Positions 38,501 to 49,393 of a DNA stretch of 64,000 nt are shown piece by piece. The position numbers and the translations under genes are program-made. The notes under the pieces are model-generated. The model was not told the origin of the DNA. It ran no database searches and worked only from the letters and a program-made list of their open reading frames with translations. The DNA comes from Oikopleura dioica (taxonomy: Eukaryota > Animalia > Chordata), in the NCBI GenBank assembly GCA_907165135.1, contig OU015569.1, positions 2,356,001-2,420,000 of the forward strand, given 5' to 3'. Every line of letters begins with the position of its first letter. Positions within the stretch are counted from its first letter, which is position 1.

Positions 38501-41074
38501 TATATCATAAAGTTTTACCTCCATCGTATAAGAATTATTTTTAGGGTTAGAAATTTTTCCTCCTACTCGAAATTCCGTTGTCGAACAACGAATCGTCTCC
38601 AGGTTCTCGCTTATCTCTAGCGCAGACACTCCTAATTTATCTCCGCTTTCTCTAACATCTAACTGTATATCCGTTTTTACCCCTGCCTTATCAATTGTCT
38701 GAAAATCACTAAAATGTGAAATCATCACAGTGTTTGACATCAAATCTCTCAAAAATAGGCAATCGGCTGGCAAAAGTAGCACATCGCTACTGCAGCTTGT
38801 CACTGCTTTGCCTGACAGTATTCCCCTAGAACACGGGTCCAGATAACTCTTTGTGATAAGAGATGAGTCGCAAAACCTTACAGCCCCGATCTCCTCGCAC
38901 GCGTCAAGGTTATAGACACGTTTCGATTTTTTGTCCCTGCCTATGATTTTCGGGGTAGACAACCTTAAATACGCGAATTCTTCCTTTTTCTTTCCAGCCG
39001 GAAGTGGTATATGATGGACCCGAAAGGTTTCATCGATTTTGGTTAACGTTGGTACGAAATAACCAATCACGAATTTAATTCCTAACTGTTTTTTGTGTAA
39101 TGTTACCTCAGACTGGACCAGGTCATAATGACCTTTACTGTAAAAATGATCACAGCCTTCCGTCGTCCCTTTGTTTAAATTTTTACAAACTCCACTAATG
39201 GTCCTGAAAACAATATGATTCGGATTTCGATTCAATACCGAAATTTCGAAGTCATGTATCGCGTTCAAGTAGCTGTTAAAATTTTCCATGACAAAATGTC
39301 TGAAGCTTGATTGTTCCAAATTAAGTTCAGAATTGCACCTCTGAAGGAGGTTGGTTTTGATAAGGTTCCTATTTTTGTTAACCTGAATGCCAACTTTCTC
39401 GAGTCCTTTTCCTAAGTTAGCCATCTCTATCTCATCCTCATTTATTCTATGAGTTACTTCCCCAAACTTTTTGTTCTCATTATATGAGTCGTAAAGGGAC
39501 TTTAAAAAGTTGAGAGAACTCAAAATTATCGCTACCTCTCCCGTATCACGCCTTTCCCTATTCGCGTGTCTGCTCCTTGCATTCGGATCTATGGTAATCA
39601 TATAGACCTCAGTTAATACAGTATCTTTGCAACTTCCCTCAAGGTGGTGTCCCCATATCGTCACATCATCCGAATCTAACACATATTCGAACAAAAGGTC
39701 AATCCTATGAAGATTTCTTCCCTTATCCCAGAATTCAGTTTTCACGTGATCCTCCAGATTGTAGTTAAAAAATTCAAATTGTAAATTATCCTCCAAAATC
39801 CTTGTACTTTCAACCTGATATTTAGCGTTTATCAAAATCGAGATTTTTGACTGTTGCTCAAATCTTTTTCTTAGTTGCAACACTACTCTAGCTGGAAAAA
39901 TCTCCGAAAAAAGACTTATTTTAACCCTGTTGTCTTTCTTATCGTTCGAAAAATACGAGCACTGAGTAACGAAGTTAAAACCTGTACTAGTTTTCCTATC
40001 AAAAACAGTTTTCTCCAGCTTTGTATTTGGCCACTCCGAAGGCTTGTCATACAATTTTAGGCTTACTCCACTCGTTGATACCTCACTTGTTATAAACTTG
40101 GGACTAAACTCCTTCTCCCATACCTTCAAGAGTAATATTCCTGAATCTGTCTTATCTAGTCTTGACTGCTGAAACGGTGTGAATTCACTCGGAAGTGCCC
40201 AAAACGAACTTAGTAGTTCATTTGTCAAGATCGTACTTTCCTCAGTATGGTTACCTCTTATAAGACCTAGACAATCCCTAGAGAGCAGATTCTCTTTCGT
40301 TAGTACTGTTGGAAACAGTTCAAAACTCAAAAATTGTCCTTCCTGTGCTTCTACAAAGTAGGAGGGCATTTCCTCAGTAAGAAGGATACCCGAGTCATTT
40401 AATTTTTGTTCCAAAGCGTAAGCAATAGGCGAGCAACTAAGCAGAGCGTAGAGTAGCGCCCAAAAGCGTCTACTCATTTTCTTCTTCTCAAGTTATATCC
40501 TGAACATTGATTTTTAGTATCCGATGATCCTGGAAATTCTAGTTTGAGTTTCAAATCATAATCAAGTGGGCTAAAAACATAGTTATCCATTTTTAGAGAA
40601 TCTAATACTATATTTTCTCACTTCAGTCACCACTTGCAACAGTAGTGACTACTTTGATTCTTGTGAGTAGAATGAGGTTTATTTCTAAGGTACAGTGGTT
40701 TATAAGAGTGTTTGCAGTTACAGAGTAAACATGGACTTGCGCCCTTTGACCATGGCGTGATTCTGAATATCGCTGTAGTTGACTACGGGAACTTTCCGTA
40801 GTTCTTTTCTGACCTGCACAAAATGGATTTTGACTGAAAATATCTTTCAGATGTTTCTTCTCATGACGCCTGCGAGATAAAGAAAGAAGAAGAAGAGACC
40901 GAGATGCACGAATGCAGACTGTGCTATAATCCTTACGGCGATGAGCGACCTGAAGCCGTCGTTATTCCATGCGGATACAAAGCCTGCTTCAACTGCCTAT
41001 CGACTCTCCCGCGGAAAGTATGCCCTCACTGCCGAGCAGAGTTCACTGACGACAAACTTCTCAAGCTCCACTGA
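35563..41074 (+). CDS. Cys-rich N-terminus, coiled coil and C-terminal RING-finger protein (4 exons; LTR element in intron 3)
   Basis: Exons 35563-35639, 35683-35885, 35983-36267 and 40851-41074 join in frame through GT-AG introns. The last exon encodes CRLC...IPCGYKACFNC...VCPHC (RING, with Tyr at the usual His ligand). Confidence 0.85.
36292..36477 (-). repeat. 3' LTR (186 bp)
   Basis: TGTGCAGG...GTTGCA on the minus strand. Contains a TATAAA-like box, AATAAA and an ACTACGG..CCGTAGT hairpin. Identical to 40635-40820. Confidence 0.95.
36478..36491 (-). promoter_or_regulatory. Polypurine tract
   Basis: Minus strand reads TTAGGGGGGGCTGGT, immediately followed by the TG of the 3' LTR. Confidence 0.8.
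36633..37364 (-). CDS. LTR-element ORF3, unknown protein with an acidic/Thr-rich N-half and globular C-half
   Basis: 243-codon open frame with no AUG at its start. An ATG at 37438 would join it with one extra T in the T6 run at 37363-37368 (268 aa). No RT, IN or CCHC motifs. Confidence 0.65.
   Translation of the reverse strand: MEEVENGSLVIDVDVGSEIGGGEDAEPEVAGTPDTGTIDNYSTGVVKTTAAGNESEMETETAGTTTATKRGENNQLQRTVKFADQDHDLRTDRKDDDLLEIKTMRVREGATLKEYAYELFNSLYNPYHPLNGDRRKIHKLIELNEDFAQVYFFENNAWRITIRSTSTDVRKLKQMYLCTSSLIFHHHFLNDHTVIGVLKEVDGLGSGKYPMAAISTYDLPYRPEYNLRWTLVDGDFYLEVKYD
37680..38021 (-). CDS. LTR-element ORF2, 113-aa protein with a PPSY (PPxY) motif
   Basis: ATG 5 nt after the env stop; contains VVTSPPSYLFPDPP. 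Confidence 0.55.
   Translation of the reverse strand: MSFSSESECTYVNIPTVVTSPPSYLFPDPPNTEATQEVGNTENLGKNLEELLKLYKFDHKPKLETRDAFFFDILAFQILTDIKAKNKFKPVFPCYWGTELICNCFRLENEESL
38027..40477 (-). CDS. env: Envelope/fusion glycoprotein (816 aa, intronless)
   Basis: Signal peptide MSRRFWALLYALLSCSPIAYA, furin-type site RERR|DTGEVAIILSSLNFL, heptad region, Cys-rich ectodomain, TM WVINTVITVSVTVVLLGLYCCYL with juxtamembrane Cys, and a basic tail. Located inside LTRs. Confidence 0.85.
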   Translation of the reverse strand: MSRRFWALLYALLSCSPIAYALEQKLNDSGILLTEEMPSYFVEAQEGQFLSFELFPTVLTKENLLSRDCLGLIRGNHTEESTILTNELLSSFWALPSEFTPFQQSRLDKTDSGILLLKVWEKEFSPKFITSEVSTSGVSLKLYDKPSEWPNTKLEKTVFDRKTSTGFNFVTQCSYFSNDKKDNRVKISLFSEIFPARVVLQLRKRFEQQSKISILINAKYQVESTRILEDNLQFEFFNYNLEDHVKTEFWDKGRNLHRIDLLFEYVLDSDDVTIWGHHLEGSCKDTVLTEVYMITIDPNARSRHANRERRDTGEVAIILSSLNFLKSLYDSYNENKKFGEVTHRINEDEIEMANLGKGLEKVGIQVNKNRNLIKTNLLQRCNSELNLEQSSFRHFVMENFNSYLNAIHDFEISVLNRNPNHIVFRTISGVCKNLNKGTTEGCDHFYSKGHYDLVQSEVTLHKKQLGIKFVIGYFVPTLTKIDETFRVHHIPLPAGKKKEEFAYLRLSTPKIIGRDKKSKRVYNLDACEEIGAVRFCDSSLITKSYLDPCSRGILSGKAVTSCSSDVLLLPADCLFLRDLMSNTVMISHFSDFQTIDKAGVKTDIQLDVRESGDKLGVSALEISENLETIRCSTTEFRVGGKISNPKNNSYTMEVKLYDITAGIKTSSLNKFLSEKEDFEDTEIIGSLDFGDLRKSLVERSKEKLEDKFPRISMASKIAPQWVINTVITVSVTVVLLGLYCCYLRIKCCFVATRRGFQFIKGCFVGCGNCFKSIRKLFQKKQREPIVTFRSEEEQLTDTSEFTRNNQGRRSVYLPLK
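40617..40632 (-). promoter_or_regulatory. Primer-binding-site-like sequence
   Basis: TGGTGACTGAAGTGAG, 2 nt downstream of the 5' LTR; TGG is complementary to a tRNA CCA end. Confidence 0.7.
40635..40820 (-). repeat. 5' LTR (186 bp)
   Basis: Base-for-base identical to 36292-36477 on visual comparison. Confidence 0.95.
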
Positions 41075-41769
41075 TTTTCTCATTCTTTCTGACAGCACAA
41101 CTATCGAAATTTTCACAAGTCTCCGATCTTCTGTCATCGAACACAACTAATAAAAATATCAAAATTAAGAATAGAGACTCATTTATTGCAAAATATATTT
41201 ATAAAGTAGAATAAATCATTCTTGGGGAAGGGATCCCATTAAAATAGCCAGCAAAAAAGTTCAAAACGCAGTGGTCAGTGAAAGAATGAGCTTGCGTCTT
41301 GGCAAAGGATGTTATGCAAATGTAAATGAGGGTACAGGTGTTTATGAGGCGCCCGTTGACGCGTCTAATGACATCGATTGACAGTGTAGATTGCGGTTTT
41401 CGTTATTGATTTCACTCTTCACCGTCCACAGTCACCGACAGTTCCCGCACTACTTTCATTTTCACTTTTTTTATCCTCATTAAACTTGCCCAGTCAGAAT
41501 TGACGTACTCCCTATTTTTGCTATGGTTTTTCTTGTTGTAGTTGTACAGAGAGTAAGTATCGTCCCAGCAGCTCGCCAACGAGTATTTATGTATTTACTA
41601 ATTACAGTATGAAGATCAGTTGCCTTCACTTTCACTTTTGATGCAGATTTAAATTAACTGGATAAAACACAAAACTCTGACCGGGATTTATTGATTGCTG
41701 AGTCAATGCAGTCTGCATAATCGTTTGGTTATAGCAATGAATAGCTAAGTGAATAATTAAGGCGCACAT

Positions 41770-44700
41770 TCCCCGAGAGATAAACAACTTCGAAGATGAT
41801 GATGAGCATTTCTCTGAGATGGAGCCTCTTCAAGATACGAGCTCCTGTCGAACTTCGAAAGAATCGGAGGTAAAAAGGACTTATCCCTAGTTGTAGACAC
41901 GAAAAGATTCTTTGTTGGATTAGCTCCTAATACTCGGACTAGTCTGAAAGAAATTATAGGCTTTTACTTAGAGTTTTAGGATCTAAGCCAGTAATCCAAA
42001 CGATCTACGGATTAACCGAGCTTTCTCTTCAAAAATTCTAAATGCTTTTAGTGGCATTGCCCTGAATACAACGAAGACAAGTTGCAATGTGTCAAACCTC
42101 TTCCAGAAAAGCGCTATCGAATCGTGCTAACTGTAGACAAGCAACGAAAGACGACAGTTTTTGCGTCAGGGCCAAATCCAAGTTGGAACCAGGACTTTAC
42201 TTTTGAACTCCCTGGACACAAGTTTGGACAGCTCATGGATTGCTCGAACAGATCAGGAAGAGTTCGATTGATTTCTTCGACATGGCGTCAGGAATAATTT
42301 TTGAGCTCTTGGAAGTCGAGGTAAAACTGGTGGAAAACTATCACTACGTAAATCGCGAAATCGGAAGCTGCCAAATCAAACTTGAAAACATTCCATATCA
42401 AAGGCTCGGCTAAAATAAGAATGAATAGAGTCCGACTCGATGGTCAGCTAATTAGCCGTAATAAGTCCTTGCCATGCCACATCTAACTGGTTTCGTCTAT
42501 TCTCCTCGATTGATGCTCAAGTTCAGGACAGAGGCTTTTCAATACAAATTCTTCAAAAATCGCTGCCAATAATTTCTATTGAAAGCCTCAATAAGTTACA
42601 AATTCGATACGACTTGATGTTTGAGCTTGATCTGAACCCCTCCGAGTTGCATCAGCTCGAAATCAAGCTGAATACATGGCGCGAGGGATCTAAATAGACG
42701 CTTATTGAAACGCTTCGGCGACATAAATATAGAACCCTCTTGCTAGACAGATCATCTGATCCCAAAGCGCATTGAGTATTCTCAGCAAGGAAACTGGAGA
42801 ATATATGTCCGATAAAATATCGCAAAAGAATGACATTAATGATCCATTGAAGTATCCATTTAGCGCGCCCAGATGCGTATAAAATACATATTAAAATTGA
42901 TGGCTCGTGTACTGCTTTAAGAATTTCCAATTAGATACGCACAAAAAAAAACGAGAGAAAGCGGGGAAAAAAGGATGAATAAACCAAGAATGAGGCGCCC
43001 TCGTTCATTCATAGTTGACTGCAGTCCACTGTCTTTTTAAGGCATTACAGTCAGAATTAATTTTCTTGTCTTGTCCAATTACTAATAGAAAATATCGAAA
43101 TCTATATATTCACCAAAGGGAAAATTGAGAGTAACGAGATGCCTGGCCATGGCGGCGAATATGGACGAAGAAACGACAGCCAGCTCCTCTGTAAGTACAA
43201 GCAGAACGTAGAAATAATGTATCAGTCAACACTCGCACTCGAGCTTCTCGGCCAAGGGCACATCTTTAGAGCATCTGCATTATTAGATCTATTCGATTGG
43301 CGAAAAAATCGGATATTTTTCTGATCCGAGCTTTACCAGCTTTTGAGATGGGGGAAATCCAAGAGAGAGTCCGCATGGAGGCAGGATGTAGACTTGCTGC
43401 AAATAAATTGGACGCCGTCTGAACTTAATATTTCACTAGTAGGTTCTATAAAATCTATAGGGCATTTTTCTCAGAAGGGGAGAGATAGTTAGGTGTCTGT
43501 AGATCGATAACGGAATGTAGATACTGACATGAATTGATAATGAAGACGGATGGCGTTGTCGATAGAGCTGTTACGCCCAAGCAGGAGCCGCTGAAGATGA
43601 CTCGCAGAACGTACAATACGTGCCCTAATTTGGCCTTAGCCAAGACCCCCTATATACGCAAATGGCAGTAATTGAGCTTTACTTTTTCAATGACCATAGA
43701 AATGGTTTTTTTTGCTGAGGACTACCTCCAGGTATTGTTTTATCAGAGAATTATTCAACTCGCGACGCAGTGGCAGGCGGATTAGGAGCGAGAGAAATCA
43801 TAGAAGAGAATCGCAAGAGAGAGAGAAAATATGGCTTTTTCAGATAATGGGCAGTGTTGTGGATTCCCTGCTGCGGCGCTCCACGGTGAAGATGGACACT
43901 TGTAATTCTTCTCAAGTGGTGAATCCGAACCGCTTCGTCCGCTCAAGTCCTGGAAGAGCTCGACAAAACGGTATGTTACTTCCGTTACGTTTATTGACGA
44001 ATTTTATGCTTTTGCGGATGTGTTGCTATAGGGAAATTCTGTTTTGTAAAGATTCTTTTCGAGCAATTATAAATTGTCAGAAATGATTTTTTAATGGAGC
44101 CTTGATTTTGATTCTGGCGGAACACATATACGCGTTCTTGACAGGGACGAAGCGACAGTAAGACAAAAATGTATCCGACGTCGTTTATGAATAATTCCAC
44201 CTGATTATAATCTGATATTAATATGCTATACACTGCCGTACTCTTCATCCTCAGCAGCAATCTCTTTTTTAAAAAGATGGACAAAACTATAATTACTGAA
44301 AATGAGAAAACGCCCAACAGTAGAAAGTCGGAGAGCTGCTGCAGATTTTCATGCGTCAAACTCAGGGAGCGTTTTGTAGTGAATGATAACATGATGTCGA
44401 CTTCGACTTGGACGGAAGGAGAGTCAGGAATTGGATCAGAACTGCTCAGGTCAACAATTCCACCTGAAAACGCCACATCAAGTAAGTTAATATATTACTC
44501 AAAATTATTATCAGACGCTCTCTTCTACTTAAAATGAGTCATAATAGGAAGTTGTATAAAGACTTCTCCGATAAAAGAGCGCGATTTCGCCTTACTCACG
44601 AGAAAAGCACCTTATGATTTTACGACTTGAAATCATAGTGAAACATTGTTTCTAGTGAATCGAAGCCAGCTTGTATCAATATCCGACGAGGTGGTGGAGG

Positions 44701-47700
44701 GTTCACGCCAGACTCCGAGAAACCGCTGGGCGCAGTGTAGAGAAATGAGCCTCAATAAAAGCAAACAACGCATATCTACTGCTCAGGTACTTATTCATTC
44801 ATTTCAAAAGACTTTGTTCAAGGTGTCTTTTAGAAAGATCTTGATGGAATCCTCAACATTGAAACCGAACAAAGAAATGCCTTGGCCGCCGTTAGTCGTA
44901 TTCTTAATCAATATTCATCACACAGGTTAGCTGTCATAATGCATACAGTATCTATTTTTTAATTAAATTCGAAAGGATAAGTTCAAATGCCTCGTGGTAG
45001 AATATAAATAAGCTGACAAACAGACAGCTCTCGAATAAGGCTTGTTCAGAGCATCTGCATGCGCTGACGCCCGACATCACCCGCGACGGAGCCGCAACAC
45101 CGATGCTGTGAATATGTCTGTTTACCGCAATACAGCCTCAGGTTTTTTCTCCTGTCGATTATGGGATGCACTCTAACACGATCTAATATAGCTCTCCTCT
45201 ACCCACATAGAAGTCACAATCTTGTTCTATGGACGGCAAAACATCCGACCTACTGTACAAATTGTGAGGGACTTCTTTGGGGAATCACCAGGGCGCGTAT
45301 CTTCTTAGCGTGTACATAACATACAGTTTATCTCTTTTGATACCTTGTCCTATGCGATTAAGTACTTGATGTAAGATCCGTGAATAGACAAGGTCTCAAA
45401 TGCTCTGACTGCGGGGTCAAATGTCACGAGAGGTGCAGAGACATGCTTTCTATTGATTGTCTCCAGCGTGCTGCTAGCAAAAAGAGCTCCAACAAAAATG
45501 ACACCCAGGAATTAAAGGAGTCGATGCTCCAACTGATCCAAGGCCGTCTTAAAACTGCTGCAGAGGAGCTGAAATTACTGGCGAATATCTTCAGTTTGAC
45601 GCCAAGCGAATCCCAGCGAAATCTAGACTTGGTGAAAGACAAGTTGCTGAAGAAAGATTTGATCTGGTCGGCGAAGCTGAAAGTGACAGTTGTGGAAGCA
45701 AGAGGACTCATGCCAATGGACAAGAACGGGCTCTCAGATCCGTATTGCGCAGTTCAAGTTGGCAAGCATCACAAAAACACGACGACAAAGAAAGAAACCC
45801 TCGATCCAAAGTGGAATGAATCATTCGACTTCAAAGTTGAGAGCGCGCGTGAGTCCATTAAAATACGAATCTGGGATGAGGACGATGATCTGCGAAGTCG
45901 ACTGAAAGACAAAATCCTACGAGAAGCGGATGACTTTCTCGGCCAAGTTGTGATTGACATACGCTCGATCACAGGTGACTCGGATAGCTGGTACGAGCTG
46001 CAACCAAGGACAGCGAAAACAACAATCAAGGGGAGCATTCGGATAAAGATTAGCATGACACGGAAAACTGACATTGATGGGGATGAAAAATTAGCGACAA
46101 TTCCAAATCAATTTCTGATTCTTCACAGCCACATTCTTTCATATCTCCAAGACCTCACTGGAAACTCTAATTCCTCGAAAACAAGTCCGATAATTTCCTG
46201 CTCTAGTTCGGGACAAGTCTCCGTTTCCAACAGAATCGCCCAGAAAATTCTGGATTCCTTCACGAAGCACTACGGCATCACAAAGATCTTCATTCAAATG
46301 GCCACATTCGGACATTTGACCGAAAACTTAAATATGATCGACGCGGCAGAAACACTTTGGATTATTTCTGGACATGCCATTGAGCATTATTGGAACGGGG
46401 TTAATATTTTATCAAGACAAGTAGCTCCCATGGCACAAAGTTTGAACATGAATAATACTGATCAAAATCTCAGCTCGCAAAGAATTTTTTTTTCGTGCAT
46501 AATTCGTTAAAATTTAAACCCTGATCTAGCCATGAACCTAACACGGCTCATCTGACAATGGATGAGCGCTTGTACGCATCAAATATCCAAAAGCGCAACT
46601 TGAGTGGACAGGTGAAAAAGGCAGAAATGTTCATCCGATTGAAGCTGAACTCCTATCGCATGCACTATGGAAAAAATTTGAATGAGCCGACCGCGCACAA
46701 TTTGGAACTCTCGCTCAAGATACTCATCAAACTCGTTGAGTTCAAGGAGAAAGTCTTGAAGGAGAACAACAGCAAGCTCGACGAAATGATTCTCGACTGC
46801 TGCAGTAAATGCCACGAAATTACGTACGGGAATGTTTTTCACGAAGCAGAAGAGTATCAAGTAAGAGCATCAATTGCAGGCTCAGTTGATGATGGAGACG
46901 GACTCTGGCAGGAAAAGTTGGCGTATTCTTGTAACACAGATATTTTTAAGAGTTTTCAAAAACTTGTATCCTAACTAGAAACAGCAACAGGGTGAAAATA
47001 CTGAGTCGAGTTGTGACCACTCAGCTCCACTGGAATTCTGGGAGCGTTTCTTGCGATGCGTTGTTTCACTTGTAGAAGAAGATATGGTCTACTACTCGCC
47101 CATTTTCACCTCCGTTATTCCCGATCTAAAGCTAACAACCTGCTCGGCGGTAAAGTTTTGGTCGATGTTGCTAAATGACTTGGTCGGGTTTTTGGAGCAC
47201 GAGTCGGATTGCCGCCATTGGTCAACTACTTCCGACTACATGAAGCTTCAAAAGCTTGTCAAGGAGGTTTACGAGAGGCTGAGTGCGATGATTGATGATA
47301 AAAATTTCACTGGATTAGGAATGAGTTTAAAACTGCCAAGCATCGAATGAAAGAGTCGTCGTTGATTGCACTTTTGAAAACTCATAAAAAGCCCCTTATG
47401 CTGAGCACTTCATTCCTTTCACTTGCATTTGGCTGGACGACTGTATAATTGAATACTGTAAATATGTAGAGAAAAGCTATCAGCTCGATGAGTCTGACGG
47501 CTTTCAGCGAACAAACGAATACGTCAAATTCTCCAGCTCAGTTGTTGACTTGTTCGACATGCTTAATCAGCTGGGAGCGTCTACATCAAAACTGCGCTCA
47601 GACTGCCACAAATTTAATGGAATACTAGGACTCGTCTCATAAATACAAATTGAGTTAATTTTGCATTCAGTGTTATTGAAGTTCCTATTCTGAGACTATT

Positions 47701-49393
47701 GTAGAAAACAAATTTGCTCAAGTTGTGACGACTGCAATTTTTCATTACATAGAAATCTTCATGAAGGTAATCATTTCAAATTTAATTTCATCTCGAATTT
47801 TCTTTTTAGGATTTTCGAAAGTACCTGAATGAGGCTAACATATCCTATGTGATGACGAACAACATTCAACAAATTCGCGAACAGCTTCAAGATCTTTACA
47901 TCACAATGGGCCAGGACCAACTTCACCCAAAGGCGCAAGAATATTTCAGAGAAGCTCAAAGCAAGTTATCCAAGACGATAGGTAAGCGGCTCTTTCTGTA
48001 TCTCTGTTACTCTTTTCTTCATTTTAGACAAATGCATACGAATGCTTGGAGTTTCTTTGAAGCCTTGTACGGATTCTGGCATCGTCGCAATGTATAACGA
48101 GCTCCAACAACTTAGCCAAAACTTAGCTCCCAATTCAGCAAACATTGCTGCAGCGAGAGAGCAAGTTTTCCAGGTAAGAATCGCTCATAAGATCTTCGAT
48201 ATAAAAAAATTTGATAGGCACTTATACCACTGGTAAACGAACAACTGGACCATCTGCACGAGCACATCGAGCAAAAACCATTCTTCAAAATCCTCAAAAT
48301 TGTCTGGAACTTTCTGATAGAAGGAATCCTGCACAAAATCATCCTCCATCCCGAAAGAATCGAGCCCATGGAAAACCGGACATATCTTTCGGCAACTTTG
48401 AAGGGAGGCTTTTCGAACTAAAATTAGTTGGCCCTTCATTGACTGGCAAATTGAAAGCTCTTATAAAGAAAACGCTGATTCGCACAGAAAGACCACTTAC
48501 AAATTTTCAAGTGGAAGTTATATCAAACGTCATTGTTTCGCTTGAAGACTACTTTCATCAAAATGGGGAAGGATTGAAAAAAGCATTTTTCAACAAAGAC
48601 AACTCCCTCCGCCAGCTAAAATACACTCTCGGCAAGTTGATGCAATCATTCGTTTTCTAATTATCTCTCCAGACAAATATACAGAAGAAACAGACGTGCT
48701 CATCTGGCGGCTAATGGATTCCTACACTTCAACAGCGAAAAAGATGCCTCCTGAACTCATTCGCCCTTCTATCGTTCTCGCATTCGAGCTCTCGCTCATT
48801 AAGAGCGGCAGAAAAACTTTCTCCTTGACGGTGAAAGTCAAATCTGTTGAGAACATGCCGCTAGAATTTTCAAAAGTCTTCCGCCCATTCGTTGAAGTTG
48901 CCGTCTACGGTCCGTCTGTGGAACAGATCGTTCATGTCCACGCTACTAAATCCAAGGTAAGCCAAAAGCCAAAAGTCGCAATTGTTCGCCAGCATGATTC
49001 TAGTACAACACTGCCAATGCAATTTTCGACCAAGAATTCTCCTCAACGTTGTCCAACGACTGGCGCAAATCCGAAATTCAGTTCTCGTTGAAAGATTTCT
49101 CGCTAATCGGAGAGAACCGATCTTTAGGACGGCACATTGTGCGCCTCTCTAATTTCAAAGATCTCCCACAAGTCGCAGAAACTGCTCCGCTCACCAAGCC
49201 GACTCCTTTTAGGTTTCTCGTCTTTTCTACTTTTCGTTTCTTTTACCCAATTTTTAGCAACAATGAAAACGTATTATTCCACTTGCTCCAGAAACGCTCA
49301 TTCGACAACGTCGCCAAACAGTTCATCAGCTTGAAAGATTTCAGCATAGCAAACCACACAGCTTCAAGATCAACTACGAGACAACAGAAATAA
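41770..49393 (+). CDS. unc13: Unc-13/Munc13 synaptic vesicle priming protein (C2A-C1-C2B-MUN-C2C), multi-exon; start approximate
   Basis: C2[21 protein letters not shown] (about 42150); C1 [54 protein letters not shown]; C2[43 protein letters not shown]; helical MUN exons; terminal C2 with stop at 49393. Confidence 0.93.

Larger units (their letters stand above)
36292..40820 (-). mobile_element. LTR retroelement (Tor/Ty3-gypsy-like cis structure) carrying env and two small ORFs, without gag or pol
   Basis: Two identical 186-bp TG...CA LTRs (36292-36477, 40635-40820), 5-bp TSD AAATG (36287-36291 and 40821-40825), PBS-like TGGTGACTGAAG 2 nt after the 5' LTR, and PPT AGGGGGGGCTGGT before the 3' LTR. 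Confidence 0.95.
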
